NCBI GenBank assembly: GCA_965279355.1
Contig: OZ257155.1
Location: 4,800,335 to 4,864,334 of the forward strand
Length of the DNA: 64,000 nt
Source: Alphaproteobacteria bacterium
GTDB lineage: Bacteria; Pseudomonadota; Alphaproteobacteria; CACIAM-22H2
Direction: 5' to 3'
In this document: piece after piece, positions 16,730 to 26,353 of the stretch
How positions within the stretch are numbered: position 1 is the first letter of the stretch
How the letters are laid out: each line of letters starts with the position of its first letter
The notes under the pieces: generated by a model
Database searches by the model: none
What the model saw: only the letters and a program-made list of their open reading frames with translations
Told to the model about the DNA's origin: nothing
Program-made: the position numbers and the translations under genes

Positions 16730-17146
16730 TTAGGTCGGCGGCATCCTGTCGAATTTGAGCAGGGCCGGATCGGTTTGGTCCCAGGCTTGGCCCCGCACGG
16801 CGTAGGTCAGCATCTGCGGTTTATAGCGGCGAGGATCGTCGAGGCTCGCTGCATGGATGGTGAAGAAAGCAGGCATAGCCGCAAATGTCAGATAGACCGG
16901 CGATCCGCAGACCGGACAGAAGCCACGGGTCTTCACATTGCCGCTATCGGCGATCATGTCCCAGAGCTTCGCATTGCCATCGAGCTTTACGCCCGTGCGC
17001 GATCCGAAGGTAAGATATGAGCCGTGCCCGGTGCCGCTCGTTCGCTGACAGTCGCGGCACTGGCACTCGCTCATCACCATCGGTTCATCGGAAATTTCAT
17101 AGCGGATCGCGCCGCAGGCGCACCCACCGGTATAGGGATCGCTCAT
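16730..17146 (-). CDS. GFA/Mss4-like (glutathione-dependent formaldehyde-activating) family protein
   Basis: GGCACGAIRY, CQCRDCQR, FCPVCGS. Confidence 0.9.
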   Translation of the reverse strand: MSDPYTGGCACGAIRYEISDEPMVMSECQCRDCQRTSGTGHGSYLTFGSRTGVKLDGNAKLWDMIADSGNVKTRGFCPVCGSPVYLTFAAMPAFFTIHAASLDDPRRYKPQMLTYAVRGQAWDQTDPALLKFDRMPPT

Positions 17147-17163
17147 ATCATTTTTTCTCTCAG

Positions 17164-17201
17164 CCCTCTCCCGCATGTCGGGAGAGGGGCGGGTGATGAG
17201 G
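17164..17201. repeat. Short palindromic repeat CCCTCTCCCG-N5-CGGGAGAGGG
   Basis: Perfect 10-bp stem followed by GCGGGTGATGAGG, a common alphaproteobacterial intergenic repeat type. Confidence 0.65.
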
Positions 17202-17202
17202 A

Positions 17203-17739
17203 TTACTCCGGGATGCGCTTGTCGTATTCGGCGCGCAGGCGCTGCACTCTGGGCCAGAACGGCTCCGGCACGCGGTTGTTGGCGACGTCGACCAGCACGT
17301 CGAGATGCGCGTGCCAGCCGGCGGAGACGCCGACCTTCGTGCCGCGGTTCGGGATCTTGCGATGGGTGACGATGAACCGCACCTCGCTGCCGCTCGGCAC
17401 CAGTTCGAAGGTGACGGAGCCGACATTCGGCCAGTCGAACTCGATCATGCGCGGCGCATCGAGGGCGGTGACCGCACCGACCATGCGATGCTCTTCGCTC
17501 TGACCCTCAGGCGGCTTTTCGTTATGCGGCGTTAGTTCGGCGTTGCGCCAGATCAGCTCCACCCGGCCGCCGATCCGCAGCTCCATCTCGCCCGAGGCCA
17601 GCCACTTGCCGCGCAGCTTGCTGTCGGTGAGATAGGTCCAGATGCGTTCGATCGGTCCCGGCAGCACGCGCTCGATGCGGAGCGTGGTGGGTTCGATCAG
17701 GTCGCCGAGGCCGGCGAGGGTGGCGGCAGCGAGACTCAT
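17203..17739 (-). CDS. SRPBCC/AHSA1 family protein
   Basis: LRIERVLPGPIERIWTYLTD...AGWHAHLDVL. Confidence 0.88.
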   Translation of the reverse strand: MSLAAATLAGLGDLIEPTTLRIERVLPGPIERIWTYLTDSKLRGKWLASGEMELRIGGRVELIWRNAELTPHNEKPPEGQSEEHRMVGAVTALDAPRMIEFDWPNVGSVTFELVPSGSEVRFIVTHRKIPNRGTKVGVSAGWHAHLDVLVDVANNRVPEPFWPRVQRLRAEYDKRIPE

Positions 17740-18113
17740 TTGCTTTCTCCTCTTTGGTCCTTTGATTTCTCCGCATCCTCCTGACGCAGCAGGCCTTCGA
17801 GGATATCGAGGCGCTCGCTCCAGAACTTTTGATAGAAGCCGGTCCACTCATGCGCGCCGGCAAGCGGCGCCGCGTCGAGCTGGCAGAGATGTGTGCGGCC
17901 CTTGACCGTGCGCTTCACGAGGCCGGCTCGCTCCAGCGCCTTGATGTGTTTCGACGCCGCGGCAAGGGACATCGCGAAGGGGGCCGCGAGTTCGCCAACG
18001 CTGCGAGCCCCATCGGCGAGTTCGCGCAACATGCGCCGCCGCGTGGCGTCGCCCAGAGCGTGGAAGACGGCATCGAGCCGGGGAGCGTCTTGAGATGTCT
18101 GTAATTCAACCAT
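17736..18113 (-). CDS. ArsR/SmtB family regulator
   Basis: LDAVFHALGDATRR...SVGELA.PF.MSLAAASKHIKALE.AGLV. Overlaps the SRPBCC start by 4 bp. Confidence 0.92.
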   Translation of the reverse strand: MVELQTSQDAPRLDAVFHALGDATRRRMLRELADGARSVGELAAPFAMSLAAASKHIKALERAGLVKRTVKGRTHLCQLDAAPLAGAHEWTGFYQKFWSERLDILEGLLRQEDAEKSKDQRGESK

Positions 18114-18161
18114 GTGGTTGAATATATAAACAAGCTCTTCGATTGTCAACCACTGAGTTGA
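18105..18161. promoter_or_regulatory. Two ArsR operator-like palindromes (TTCAAC-N6-GTTGAA)
   Basis: TTCAACCATGTGGTTGAA at 18105-18122 overlaps the ArsR start codon; TCAACCACTGAGTTGA at 18146-18161. Confidence 0.7.
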
Positions 18162-18171
18162 ATATCATTTA

Positions 18172-18240
18172 TAAGATATATCGTAATAGAGCTTGTATTT
18201 GTCCCATTAAGATATATCTTAGATGCATCGTAAATATCTT
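18172..18240. promoter_or_regulatory. PadR/YqjI operator-like palindromes (TAAGATATATCTTA)
   Basis: Perfect 14-bp palindrome at 18208-18221, a one-mismatch copy at 18172-18185, and a degenerate copy near 18227-18240. Confidence 0.7.
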
Positions 18241-18253
18241 GAAAGGAAATACG

Positions 18254-18892
18254 GTGCATTTACAAAGACATGGAATGAACGAGAATCGGCACGGAGGGCG
18301 GCATGGTTGTCGCTTCGACGGTGGACACCCGGGCCAGCATATGGGGGCACGCGGGGGTGGCGGCCGGTTCGGCCGCGAAGACGGTGAGCGCGGCTGGGGG
18401 ATGGACGGACGGGGTGGCCACGGTCGCGGCGGACGGCAGCGACTGTTCGACGGTGATGAACTGCGCCTGGTGTTGCTCAAGCTGATCGCTGACAAGCCGC
18501 GGCATGGCTACGACCTGATCCGCGCGATGGAGGAGCGTACCGGCGGTGCCTATGCGCCAAGCCCTGGTGTTGTCTACCCGTCGCTGACGATGCTGAGTGA
18601 CATGGGCTTCATCGTGGAGCAGGTCGGCGAAGGCGCGCGGAAGCTATTTGCGATCACGCCTGAAGGTACCGCGCATCTCGAAGCCAATACAGCAGAGGTC
18701 GCCGCGGTGTTCGCGAGGCTGGATGCGCTGGCCGCGATGCGGGAGCGCACCGATGTGGTGCCTGTCCGCCGCGCCATGCATAATCTCCGCAGCGTCCTGA
18801 TGCATCGCCTCGGCGACGGTCTGGATAAGGACAAGCTGCACGACGCCGTCGCCCTGATCGACGAAGCCGCACGAAAGATCGAGAAACTCTGA
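18254..18892 (+). CDS. PadR family regulator (YqjI-like) with His/Gly/Arg-rich N-terminus
   Basis: LRLVLLKLI..KPRHGYDLI...YAPSPGVVYPSL; GTG start after GAAAGGA. Confidence 0.88.
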   Translation: MHLQRHGMNENRHGGRHGCRFDGGHPGQHMGARGGGGRFGREDGERGWGMDGRGGHGRGGRQRLFDGDELRLVLLKLIADKPRHGYDLIRAMEERTGGAYAPSPGVVYPSLTMLSDMGFIVEQVGEGARKLFAITPEGTAHLEANTAEVAAVFARLDALAAMRERTDVVPVRRAMHNLRSVLMHRLGDGLDKDKLHDAVALIDEAARKIEKL

Positions 18893-19659
18893 TGACTACA
18901 ATCGATACCGCGCCCCAGCGTCACCAGATCCAGCGTGTCCGCCGCGAAACCCGCCGGCGGGCACTCACGGTGGCGTCGATCGAGAGGCTGGGGGCGAAGA
19001 TGCTGCGCGTCCATTTCACCTCGCCGGATCTCGGCGATTTCGCCAGCGCGTCCTATGACGATCACATCAAGCTGTTCTTTCCGGGCGCGAAGAAGCCCGG
19101 CGACGAGAAGCCGCCGGCGCGAGACTTCACGCCGCGCCGTTTCGATCCGCAGAAGGGCACGTTCGTGATCGACTTTGCGGTGCATGATGCCGGGCCGGCG
19201 ACGGAGTGGGCCGTGGACGCCAAGGTCGGCGACACGCTGGAGATCGGCGGGCCGCGCGGCTCGCAGGTCATCCCAGATGATTTCGACTGGTATCTGCTGA
19301 TCGGCGACGAGACGGCGTTGCCGGCCATCGGCCGTCGTGTTGAGGAGTTGCGCCCGGGTGTGCCGGTGACGACAGTCGTGGTCGGCGACGCACAGGACAT
19401 TCCGACGAAGGCCGCCTGGTCGCCGAAATGGATCGCACGAGAAGCGCAATCCGACGACGCGGTGCTGATCCGCGCGGCACTGGTCACTCACGACCTGCCC
19501 GACGGCGAAGGCTTCGTGTGGATCGCCGCCGAGGCCGCCGTCGCGAAAGCGATCCGCACCTATCTCGTCGACGAGCGCGGCCACAAGCGCGAATGGATCA
19601 AGGCGCACGGCTACTGGAAACGCGGCCTGACCGAAGTCCACGAACGGTTCGAGGATTGA
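18892..19659 (+). CDS. Siderophore-interacting protein (YqjH/ViuB ferric reductase)
   Basis: DDHIKLFF, RDFTPR, GPRGS, GDETALPAI, GYW; TGATG coupling to the PadR gene. Confidence 0.92.
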   Translation: MTTIDTAPQRHQIQRVRRETRRRALTVASIERLGAKMLRVHFTSPDLGDFASASYDDHIKLFFPGAKKPGDEKPPARDFTPRRFDPQKGTFVIDFAVHDAGPATEWAVDAKVGDTLEIGGPRGSQVIPDDFDWYLLIGDETALPAIGRRVEELRPGVPVTTVVVGDAQDIPTKAAWSPKWIAREAQSDDAVLIRAALVTHDLPDGEGFVWIAAEAAVAKAIRTYLVDERGHKREWIKAHGYWKRGLTEVHERFED

Positions 19660-19671
19660 GCGCGTCCGTGC

Positions 19672-20745
19672 TCAGGGTGTGATGGCGACCTTGAACACGC
19701 CGTCGCGCTGATTGGAGAAGAGGTCGTAGGCCTTTTCGATATCGTCCAGCTTGAAGCGGTGCGTGACCATGGCGCCGAGGTCCGCCCGCCCGGATGCAAT
19801 AATTGCCATGAGCCGTCGCATCCGCTCCTTGCCGCCCGGACAGAGCGCTGTCGCGATGGTGTGATCGCCAAGGCCGGCCGCGAAGGCATCGAGCGGAATC
19901 TTGAGATCCGAGGAATAGACGCCGAGGCTCGACAACGTTCCGCCCGGTCTGAGAACCCTAAGGCACGCCTCGAACGTCGCCTGGGTGCCGAGTGCCTCAA
20001 TGGCGACATCGACACCGCGACCTTCGGTGAGCCGGAGGATTTCCTCGACCGCATTAACGCGGCTGAAGTCGACGACGTGATCGGCGCCCAGGCGCCGCGC
20101 CATCGCGAGGCGTTCCGGCAGTTTGTCGACGGCAATGATGGTTGATGCACCCATGAGCTTGGCGCCTGCAGTGGCGCACAGTCCAATGGGTCCCTGTGCG
20201 AAGACCGCGACGGTGTCGCCGATCCGGATGCCGCCTTTTTCTGCGCCGCTGAACCCCGTCGACATGATATCGGGGCACATCAGGACCTGCTCGTCAGTGA
20301 GGTTGTCCGGCACCACGGCAAGGTTTGCCATTGCGTCCGGGACAAGCACGTATTCAGCCTGGCAACCGTCGATCGTGTTTCCAAATTTCCAGCCGCCCAT
20401 GGCCTTCCAGCCGTGGCGTGTGCCATGGCCGTCCTGCGAGGACTGTCCGCACTGGCAGGCGTTGCTGGAGCCGCTCGGCGTGATGGCGCCAGCGATGACC
20501 CGCTGGCCCTCGCTGAATCCTTCGACGGCGAAGCCGAGCTTCTCAATGATTCCGACAGGTTCATGGCCGATGGTCAGGCCCTTTTTAACCGGATACTCGC
20601 CCTTGAGGATGTGGACATCGGTGCCGCAGATCGTGGTCGTCGTGATCCGCATCAGCGCGTCCAACGGTCCGACATCGGGAACCGGCTTTTCATCCAGCAC
20701 AATTCGACCGGCTTCGACGAAGACGGCAGCTCTCATTTTTTTCAT
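19672..20745 (-). CDS. Zn-dependent alcohol dehydrogenase (MDR family)
   Basis: TTICGTDVH, GHEPVG, CPDIMSTGF, GPIGL, CPGGKERMRRL. Confidence 0.92.
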   Translation of the reverse strand: MKKMRAAVFVEAGRIVLDEKPVPDVGPLDALMRITTTTICGTDVHILKGEYPVKKGLTIGHEPVGIIEKLGFAVEGFSEGQRVIAGAITPSGSSNACQCGQSSQDGHGTRHGWKAMGGWKFGNTIDGCQAEYVLVPDAMANLAVVPDNLTDEQVLMCPDIMSTGFSGAEKGGIRIGDTVAVFAQGPIGLCATAGAKLMGASTIIAVDKLPERLAMARRLGADHVVDFSRVNAVEEILRLTEGRGVDVAIEALGTQATFEACLRVLRPGGTLSSLGVYSSDLKIPLDAFAAGLGDHTIATALCPGGKERMRRLMAIIASGRADLGAMVTHRFKLDDIEKAYDLFSNQRDGVFKVAITP

Positions 20746-20844
20746 TTTTTGATCCTGAAATTCTTAGCAAGTCACCGAGCGGGTGTGACCCCGGACGTTT
20801 CTGATTTGTGAGCGGCAAAGCAGGTTTCGCGGCGCCCAACTTGC

Positions 20845-21681
20845 CTAGTGAGACAGGAGCACCGGAAGCCGCAATTGTTTCAGGATCCCGCTTGTGGCGC
20901 CGCCCAACACAAAATCCCTCATCCGAGAATGACCGAAGCCGCCCATAACAAGCATATCTGCTCCGATTGTTTGCGCCTGCTCCTGTAGGGTTTGCGCGAT
21001 GGGACGACCATGGCTCTGGATCTGTACGACCGTCGCCCGAATATCATGGTGCGAAAGATATTCCGCTAACCGGCTGCCAGGGGCTTCATCCGGTAGAGCT
21101 TTCTCGTCTGTGACTGAGGCGATTGTGACAACCTGCGCGAGGCGCAGAAAATCACGAGCGTCGGATACCGCGCGTGCAGCGACCCGACTTCCGTCCCATG
21201 CGATCATGACATGCTGGAGTTTCGCGGCTGGAGAATCTTCCGGGACCAGCAGGGTAGGTCTACCTGAACCAAAGATAGCGGCCTCTGCAGTAGCTTGTGG
21301 CGCGAGATCGCTGACTCCAAGGCCCACTACGATAAGATCGTGGTAGCGAGCGTGACTGGCGACCTCGTCTCCAAACATTGCAGGGAAACATTCCATTTCA
21401 CTAGATCGAACCCGCGCGCCAAGCTGTTTCATCTCGGCGTTCAGGGCCAATACGAGGGCCGCCCCGCGGACGCGGCATTTGGCTTTCGCACCTCCGATAA
21501 GCCCGGGGATATCGATAAGGACATTGCCGAGCGCGCTGGATACGCGCGGAAAGTCGGGTATGAGGACTAGCGCATGGACATCTGCGCTGAGATGTTGAGC
21601 GATTGCAGCAGAGTGAAGGGCGATCTTGTCCGAATTTCCATCAGAGTAAGTATGAATTGGCAGAAGAATTTGGAATCTCAT
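20845..21681 (-). CDS. Universal stress protein
   Basis: SGRPTLLVP, IAWDGSR.AARA, ADMLVMGGFGHSR.RDFVLGGAT..IL...PVLLSH. Confidence 0.9.
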   Translation of the reverse strand: MRFQILLPIHTYSDGNSDKIALHSAAIAQHLSADVHALVLIPDFPRVSSALGNVLIDIPGLIGGAKAKCRVRGAALVLALNAEMKQLGARVRSSEMECFPAMFGDEVASHARYHDLIVVGLGVSDLAPQATAEAAIFGSGRPTLLVPEDSPAAKLQHVMIAWDGSRVAARAVSDARDFLRLAQVVTIASVTDEKALPDEAPGSRLAEYLSHHDIRATVVQIQSHGRPIAQTLQEQAQTIGADMLVMGGFGHSRMRDFVLGGATSGILKQLRLPVLLSH

Positions 21682-21791
21682 CAAGAAAGCTCCTTGCAGG
21701 GGCTAAGAAGTGCTGCAGCATTGGCTTCAAGGCTGCGCAGATGCAGGCGAGAAGTAGATGAGCGGTCAAAGGTTCCTCTCATGCAACGCAT

Positions 21792-24383
21792 TCAAAGGGC
21801 CTTCGCTATCCGTACATCGAAGCGGCACGAGAACCACGAGCGCAAAAGCGTCTTGAGCAGTTCCAGCACTATAAGAATCAGAATGCCGGCCCCGATCGTA
21901 ACGGCAAGGTCATCAGCATGGAGAGGCCCGAAGCGGAACAACCCACTCGCTACAGGCCACAGCAGCGTCAGTGCAAGTGTTGCGGCGACAATGGGCAGGA
22001 CGAAAGCCAGAGCACGATTTGGGCGCCGGATTACCTTAAAGAGCACGGTGTTAGTTGATCGATTCACGAAGATCAACGCGACGATTGCAATGACCAATGA
22101 AAAGAATGTCAGGGCGCGCACCTCATCGTCTGGCATGCCGCGTTGCAGCGCGAGGACGAAGATCGTTGCTACGAGCGCCAGAGCGAGCGTACCCTGCAAG
22201 ATACCCCACACGATCATCGGTGCCGAAAACAGCGGTTCTGCCGGATTACGCGGCGGGCGGCGCATCACGTTGTCTTCCTCGGCTTCGGCCTCGAACACGA
22301 GGGAGCAGACAGGGTCGATCACCATTTGGAGGAACGCGATGTGTATCGGTCCGAACAGAATCGGTAGGCCAAACACAAGCGGTAGAAGCGCTAGCCCTGC
22401 GATGGGTACATGAACAGCGAAAATAAAAATCATTGCTTTGCGCAGGTTGTCGTAGATGCGACGGCCAAGACGGATGGTTTTGACGACCGAGCCGAAATCG
22501 TCATCCAGGAGGACTATCGAAGAGGCTTCACGCGCAACGTCGGTGCCGCGCCCACCCATCGCGACGCCGATATGCGCGGCCTTGAGCGACGGTGCGTCGT
22601 TCACTCCGTCTCCAGTCATAGCCACAATTTCGCCGTTTGCTTTGAGCGCCTCAACGATGCGAAGCTTTTGTTCGGGCAAAATACGGGCGAAGATGGTCGC
22701 CGTCAGAACGCGAATAGCGAGTTGCTCGTCACTCATAGCCTCAAGGTCGACGCCTGTGACTAGATCGCTGCCATCGAGCCCAGCCTGACGAGCGACGGCG
22801 TGGGCTGTTGCCGGATAATCACCGGTGATCATAATCACCTTAACGCCTGCGGTCCGGCATTCGCTGACTGCGGTAGGCACACTCTGCCGCAAGGGATCGA
22901 CGAGCCCCACGAGGCCGATGAACTCCAAGGCGAAATCCTGTTGATACGCCGGAAGCTTGGCTCTTGAACAAGACGACCGCGCCACACCCAGCACCCGAAG
23001 CCCCGCCGCCGCCATTGCGTCCACCGAACTGGTGAACTCGCCGAGTGCCTTCGGCTCCAGACGGCAGAGTTTGGCAATGGCTTCCGGCGCACCCTTTGTG
23101 GCGACGACGAGATCGTCTCCACTACTCGCGATGTTCCAGACTTGGGACATGGCAAGCAGTTCAGGCCGCAAAGCATAGCTTCGGACCAAGGTGCGATCTG
23201 TACCTAACACCACCTGCGCCCCGTCGAAGCCGCGTTTTGCCAACGTATGAAAGGCTTTCTCCATAGGATCGAAGGGCTCACGGGCGCTTGCAAGGACGCC
23301 TGATACAATCAGGTTATGAAACTGCTGCGGTATGGGTTCAGACTCAGAACCAATCCGGTACATGTCGCCACTTGGAAGTCGCATTTCCGCGATCGTCATG
23401 CGATTTTCGGTGAGCGTGCCGGTCTTGTCAGTGCAGAGGACGGTCGCCGAGCCAAGGGTCTCGATCGCTGCTGCTCGGCGGGTCAACACACGGGCCTGAG
23501 AGATGCGCCACGCACCCATCGTCATAAACACAGTGAGGACGACAGGAAATTCTGCCGGCAACATGGACATACCGACCGCGATGCCTGCGAGGATCGCGTC
23601 GAACCAGCCACCGCGCAACATCCCGTACAGGATGACGACCAGGAAACTGACCACCCCGCCGAACAGAGCGAATAGGCCGACAAGCTTGCGGGTTTGAGTT
23701 TGTAAATGGGGCGCCGTGGTCTCAAGTGTTCCGAGCGATTGGCCAATCTTGCCAATCTCGCTTTTTGGACCAGTGGCTACGGCTTCGCCAATACCCGAGC
23801 CACGTACGATCAGTGATCCAGAGAAGACAAAGGGAAGATCATCGCCGCCCGGTCGTGGGCGGCTTTGTGACAGGCCGGTGTCTATCGACTTGCGAACGGG
23901 TACGGACTCGCCCGTCAGAAAAGATTCGTCCGCTTCGATATCTTGGGCTTCGACGAGTTGCGCGTCTGCTGACACGCGATCACCTTCAGAAAAAACAATC
24001 AAATCTCCTCGGACAACTTCGCGGCCAGCAATACGCTTCCGCTCGCCGTCGCGGATAACCAGCGCGCGCGGGCTCGTCAAGTCCCGAAGGGATTCCAAAA
24101 CTCGCTCAGTGCGGGCTTCTTGGACAACTGTGATTAGAATGGACGAACACGCGAAAGCTAAAAGGATCGCCGCGTCCTTCACGTCTCCGAGTGCGAGGTA
24201 GACGACGCCAGCCCCAATCAACAAAGCCAGCATCGGTTCACGAATGACCTCAAGAACGATGCGAAACGGGGTGCGTCGATTTGGTTGTGGAAGTTCGTTG
24301 GGCCCCTCACGCGTTAAACGTGCTTCCGCCTCGGCACCGCTGAGACCTTGCAGATGAGGCGATGCGGGTTGCGCGCTGGACAT
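21792..24383 (-). CDS. Cation-translocating P-type ATPase (P2-type)
   Basis: TGES, DKTGTLT, KGAPE, MITGD, MTGDGVNDAP. Confidence 0.93.
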   Translation of the reverse strand: MSSAQPASPHLQGLSGAEAEARLTREGPNELPQPNRRTPFRIVLEVIREPMLALLIGAGVVYLALGDVKDAAILLAFACSSILITVVQEARTERVLESLRDLTSPRALVIRDGERKRIAGREVVRGDLIVFSEGDRVSADAQLVEAQDIEADESFLTGESVPVRKSIDTGLSQSRPRPGGDDLPFVFSGSLIVRGSGIGEAVATGPKSEIGKIGQSLGTLETTAPHLQTQTRKLVGLFALFGGVVSFLVVILYGMLRGGWFDAILAGIAVGMSMLPAEFPVVLTVFMTMGAWRISQARVLTRRAAAIETLGSATVLCTDKTGTLTENRMTIAEMRLPSGDMYRIGSESEPIPQQFHNLIVSGVLASAREPFDPMEKAFHTLAKRGFDGAQVVLGTDRTLVRSYALRPELLAMSQVWNIASSGDDLVVATKGAPEAIAKLCRLEPKALGEFTSSVDAMAAAGLRVLGVARSSCSRAKLPAYQQDFALEFIGLVGLVDPLRQSVPTAVSECRTAGVKVIMITGDYPATAHAVARQAGLDGSDLVTGVDLEAMSDEQLAIRVLTATIFARILPEQKLRIVEALKANGEIVAMTGDGVNDAPSLKAAHIGVAMGGRGTDVAREASSIVLLDDDFGSVVKTIRLGRRIYDNLRKAMIFIFAVHVPIAGLALLPLVFGLPILFGPIHIAFLQMVIDPVCSLVFEAEAEEDNVMRRPPRNPAEPLFSAPMIVWGILQGTLALALVATIFVLALQRGMPDDEVRALTFFSLVIAIVALIFVNRSTNTVLFKVIRRPNRALAFVLPIVAATLALTLLWPVASGLFRFGPLHADDLAVTIGAGILILIVLELLKTLLRSWFSCRFDVRIAKAL

Positions 24384-24725
24384 GTTGCCCTTTCGGAGAG
24401 CCCGTTTATTCTTGTCGCCTGCCTGAAGGGTTGTGTGACGTCAGCCGCGCGCGATAGACCGACGACTGATGCGGTGTCCGGATCGGAACACCGCGATGTG
24501 TCCGACTTTGAGTAACGAGATCGGTCATTGATCGGTTCCAGATATATATCTGTCGAACCCGATGGATGAGGCCGAGGCGATTTCTCTTAACTTTTGCAGT
24601 CGGTCCATTCACGATCTGGGCATTCCTAGAGCGCGCTTTGGCGCGTTTGACAATCGGGGGAGCGGACGGCGTGCGAAGTTCATCACCGCCTACGGCATCG
24701 GCAAATGCGACACTAAGGTTATCGC

Positions 24726-25967
24726 GTGTCCGTGGTGGCTGATCATCCTGCCGCGCACCGCCTCCCGCGCACGCTCACCCTGACGCATGCCGTTCTCTAC
24801 GGCCTCGGCGTCACCATCGGTGCCGGCATCTATGTGCTGGTCGGCATCGCGGCGGGGCGCAGTGGTATGTATGCGCCGCTGGCCTTTGTCGGTGCCGCCG
24901 TCGTCCTGGCGTTCACCGCCGGGACGTTCGCAGAGCTGGGCACGCGCATGCCGGTCAGCGCCAGCGAGGCAGCCTATGTGCGGGCGGCGTTCCGGCGCGA
25001 ATGGCTCAGCCTCGCGGTCGGGCTGCTCGTCATCGTCACGGCGATCGTCTCGGCGGCGACGATCAGCGTCGGCAGCGCGGGTTATATCGGCGTGTTCCTG
25101 CCGTTGCCGGACCTGTCGATCATCGCGGGCGTGATCCTCATGATGGGCCTTGTCGCCTGTCTCGCCACGGTCCAGTCGGTGACCTTTGCCGGAATCATGA
25201 CCCTGATCGAGGTCGCCGGGCTGCTGCTGATTATCGTCGCCGGCCTCGGGCAGGGGAGCGACATCGTGACGCGCCTGCCCGAAGCGTGGCCGTCCCTCGG
25301 CGACGGCGCGGCGTGGAGCGCTGTGGCGGGAACCGCGCTGATCGCGGTGTTCGCCTTCATCGGCTTCGAGCATCTGGTGAACATCGCCGAGGAGATGAAG
25401 AGCCCGACAGGCACATTGCCGCGCGCGCTGTTCCTGACACTCGGCCTGACGGCGCTGTTCTATGCGCTGGTTGTGTGGATCGCGGTGACGGCGGTTCCGC
25501 CGGATGAGCTGTCGCGTTCGCCGGCGCCGCTGGCGCTGGTCTTCGAACGCCTGACCGGCCTGCCGCTGGTGACCATGAGCGCCATCGCCGTCGTTGCGAC
25601 ACTAAATGGCATCATCGTCCACATGATCATGATCGCGCGGGTGATCTACGGTCTCGCCAGCCTGGGCAGCCTGCCGCGCGGTCTGGCCCGTCTCAATTCG
25701 GTGACCGGTACGCCGCTGCTGGCGACGGTGATCGGTGTCGCAGCCATTCTGGTTCTTGCGCTGGCGGTGCCGCTTGCCGGGCTTGCCGAACTCACGGCGC
25801 AGGGCACGTTAGTGATTTTCGCCGTCGTCAATCTGGCGCTGATTCGGATCAAGCGGCGCGAGACGGCGCCGCCGCCCGGCATCTATGTCTGCGCGGGCTG
25901 GGTGCCGTTCGCCGGGTTCGCGACCAGCGTGTTGCTGCTGCTCCTCGATCTCGCTTCAAGCTGGTAG
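24726..25967 (+). CDS. APC family amino acid permease
   Basis: YGLGVTIGAGIY, FAFIGFE, many TM segments. Start is uncertain. Confidence 0.88.
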   Translation: MSVVADHPAAHRLPRTLTLTHAVLYGLGVTIGAGIYVLVGIAAGRSGMYAPLAFVGAAVVLAFTAGTFAELGTRMPVSASEAAYVRAAFRREWLSLAVGLLVIVTAIVSAATISVGSAGYIGVFLPLPDLSIIAGVILMMGLVACLATVQSVTFAGIMTLIEVAGLLLIIVAGLGQGSDIVTRLPEAWPSLGDGAAWSAVAGTALIAVFAFIGFEHLVNIAEEMKSPTGTLPRALFLTLGLTALFYALVVWIAVTAVPPDELSRSPAPLALVFERLTGLPLVTMSAIAVVATLNGIIVHMIMIARVIYGLASLGSLPRGLARLNSVTGTPLLATVIGVAAILVLALAVPLAGLAELTAQGTLVIFAVVNLALIRIKRRETAPPPGIYVCAGWVPFAGFATSVLLLLLDLASSW

Positions 25968-25999
25968 AGTTGCGATCTGACATACGGGGAGCGAGCGGC

Positions 26000-26353
26000 G
26001 TGGCGAAGTTGATTACCATCTACGGCATTAAAAACTGCGACACGATGAAGAAGGCACGGACGTGGCTCGAGAGCCACAAGGTCGCGCACGCCTTCCACGA
26101 CTACAAGGCGAGCGGCATCGATCGCGCGCATCTGGATGCGTGGACGGGCAAGGTCGGCTGGGAGTTGCTTCTCAACCGCGCCGGTACGACCTTCCGCAAG
26201 CTGCCCGATGCCGACAAGGAGGGCCTCAATGAAAAGAAGGCGATCGCCTTGATGCTGGCGCAGCCCTCAATGATCAAACGCCCGGTGCTGGATATCGGTG
26301 GCTCGCTGCTCGTTGGTTTCAAACCGGCGGAGTATGAGAAGGCGCTGACCTAG
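26000..26353 (+). CDS. ArsC/Spx family protein (YffB-like)
   Basis: IYGIKNCDTMKKA...HDY...PSMIKRPVL. Confidence 0.92.
   Translation: MAKLITIYGIKNCDTMKKARTWLESHKVAHAFHDYKASGIDRAHLDAWTGKVGWELLLNRAGTTFRKLPDADKEGLNEKKAIALMLAQPSMIKRPVLDIGGSLLVGFKPAEYEKALT

Noticed and set aside
20746-24720. FNR/FixK boxes upstream of ADH, USP and ATPase
   Set aside because: Only half-sites (e.g. TTGAT at ~24528) were found; no acceptable TTGAT-N4-ATCAA.
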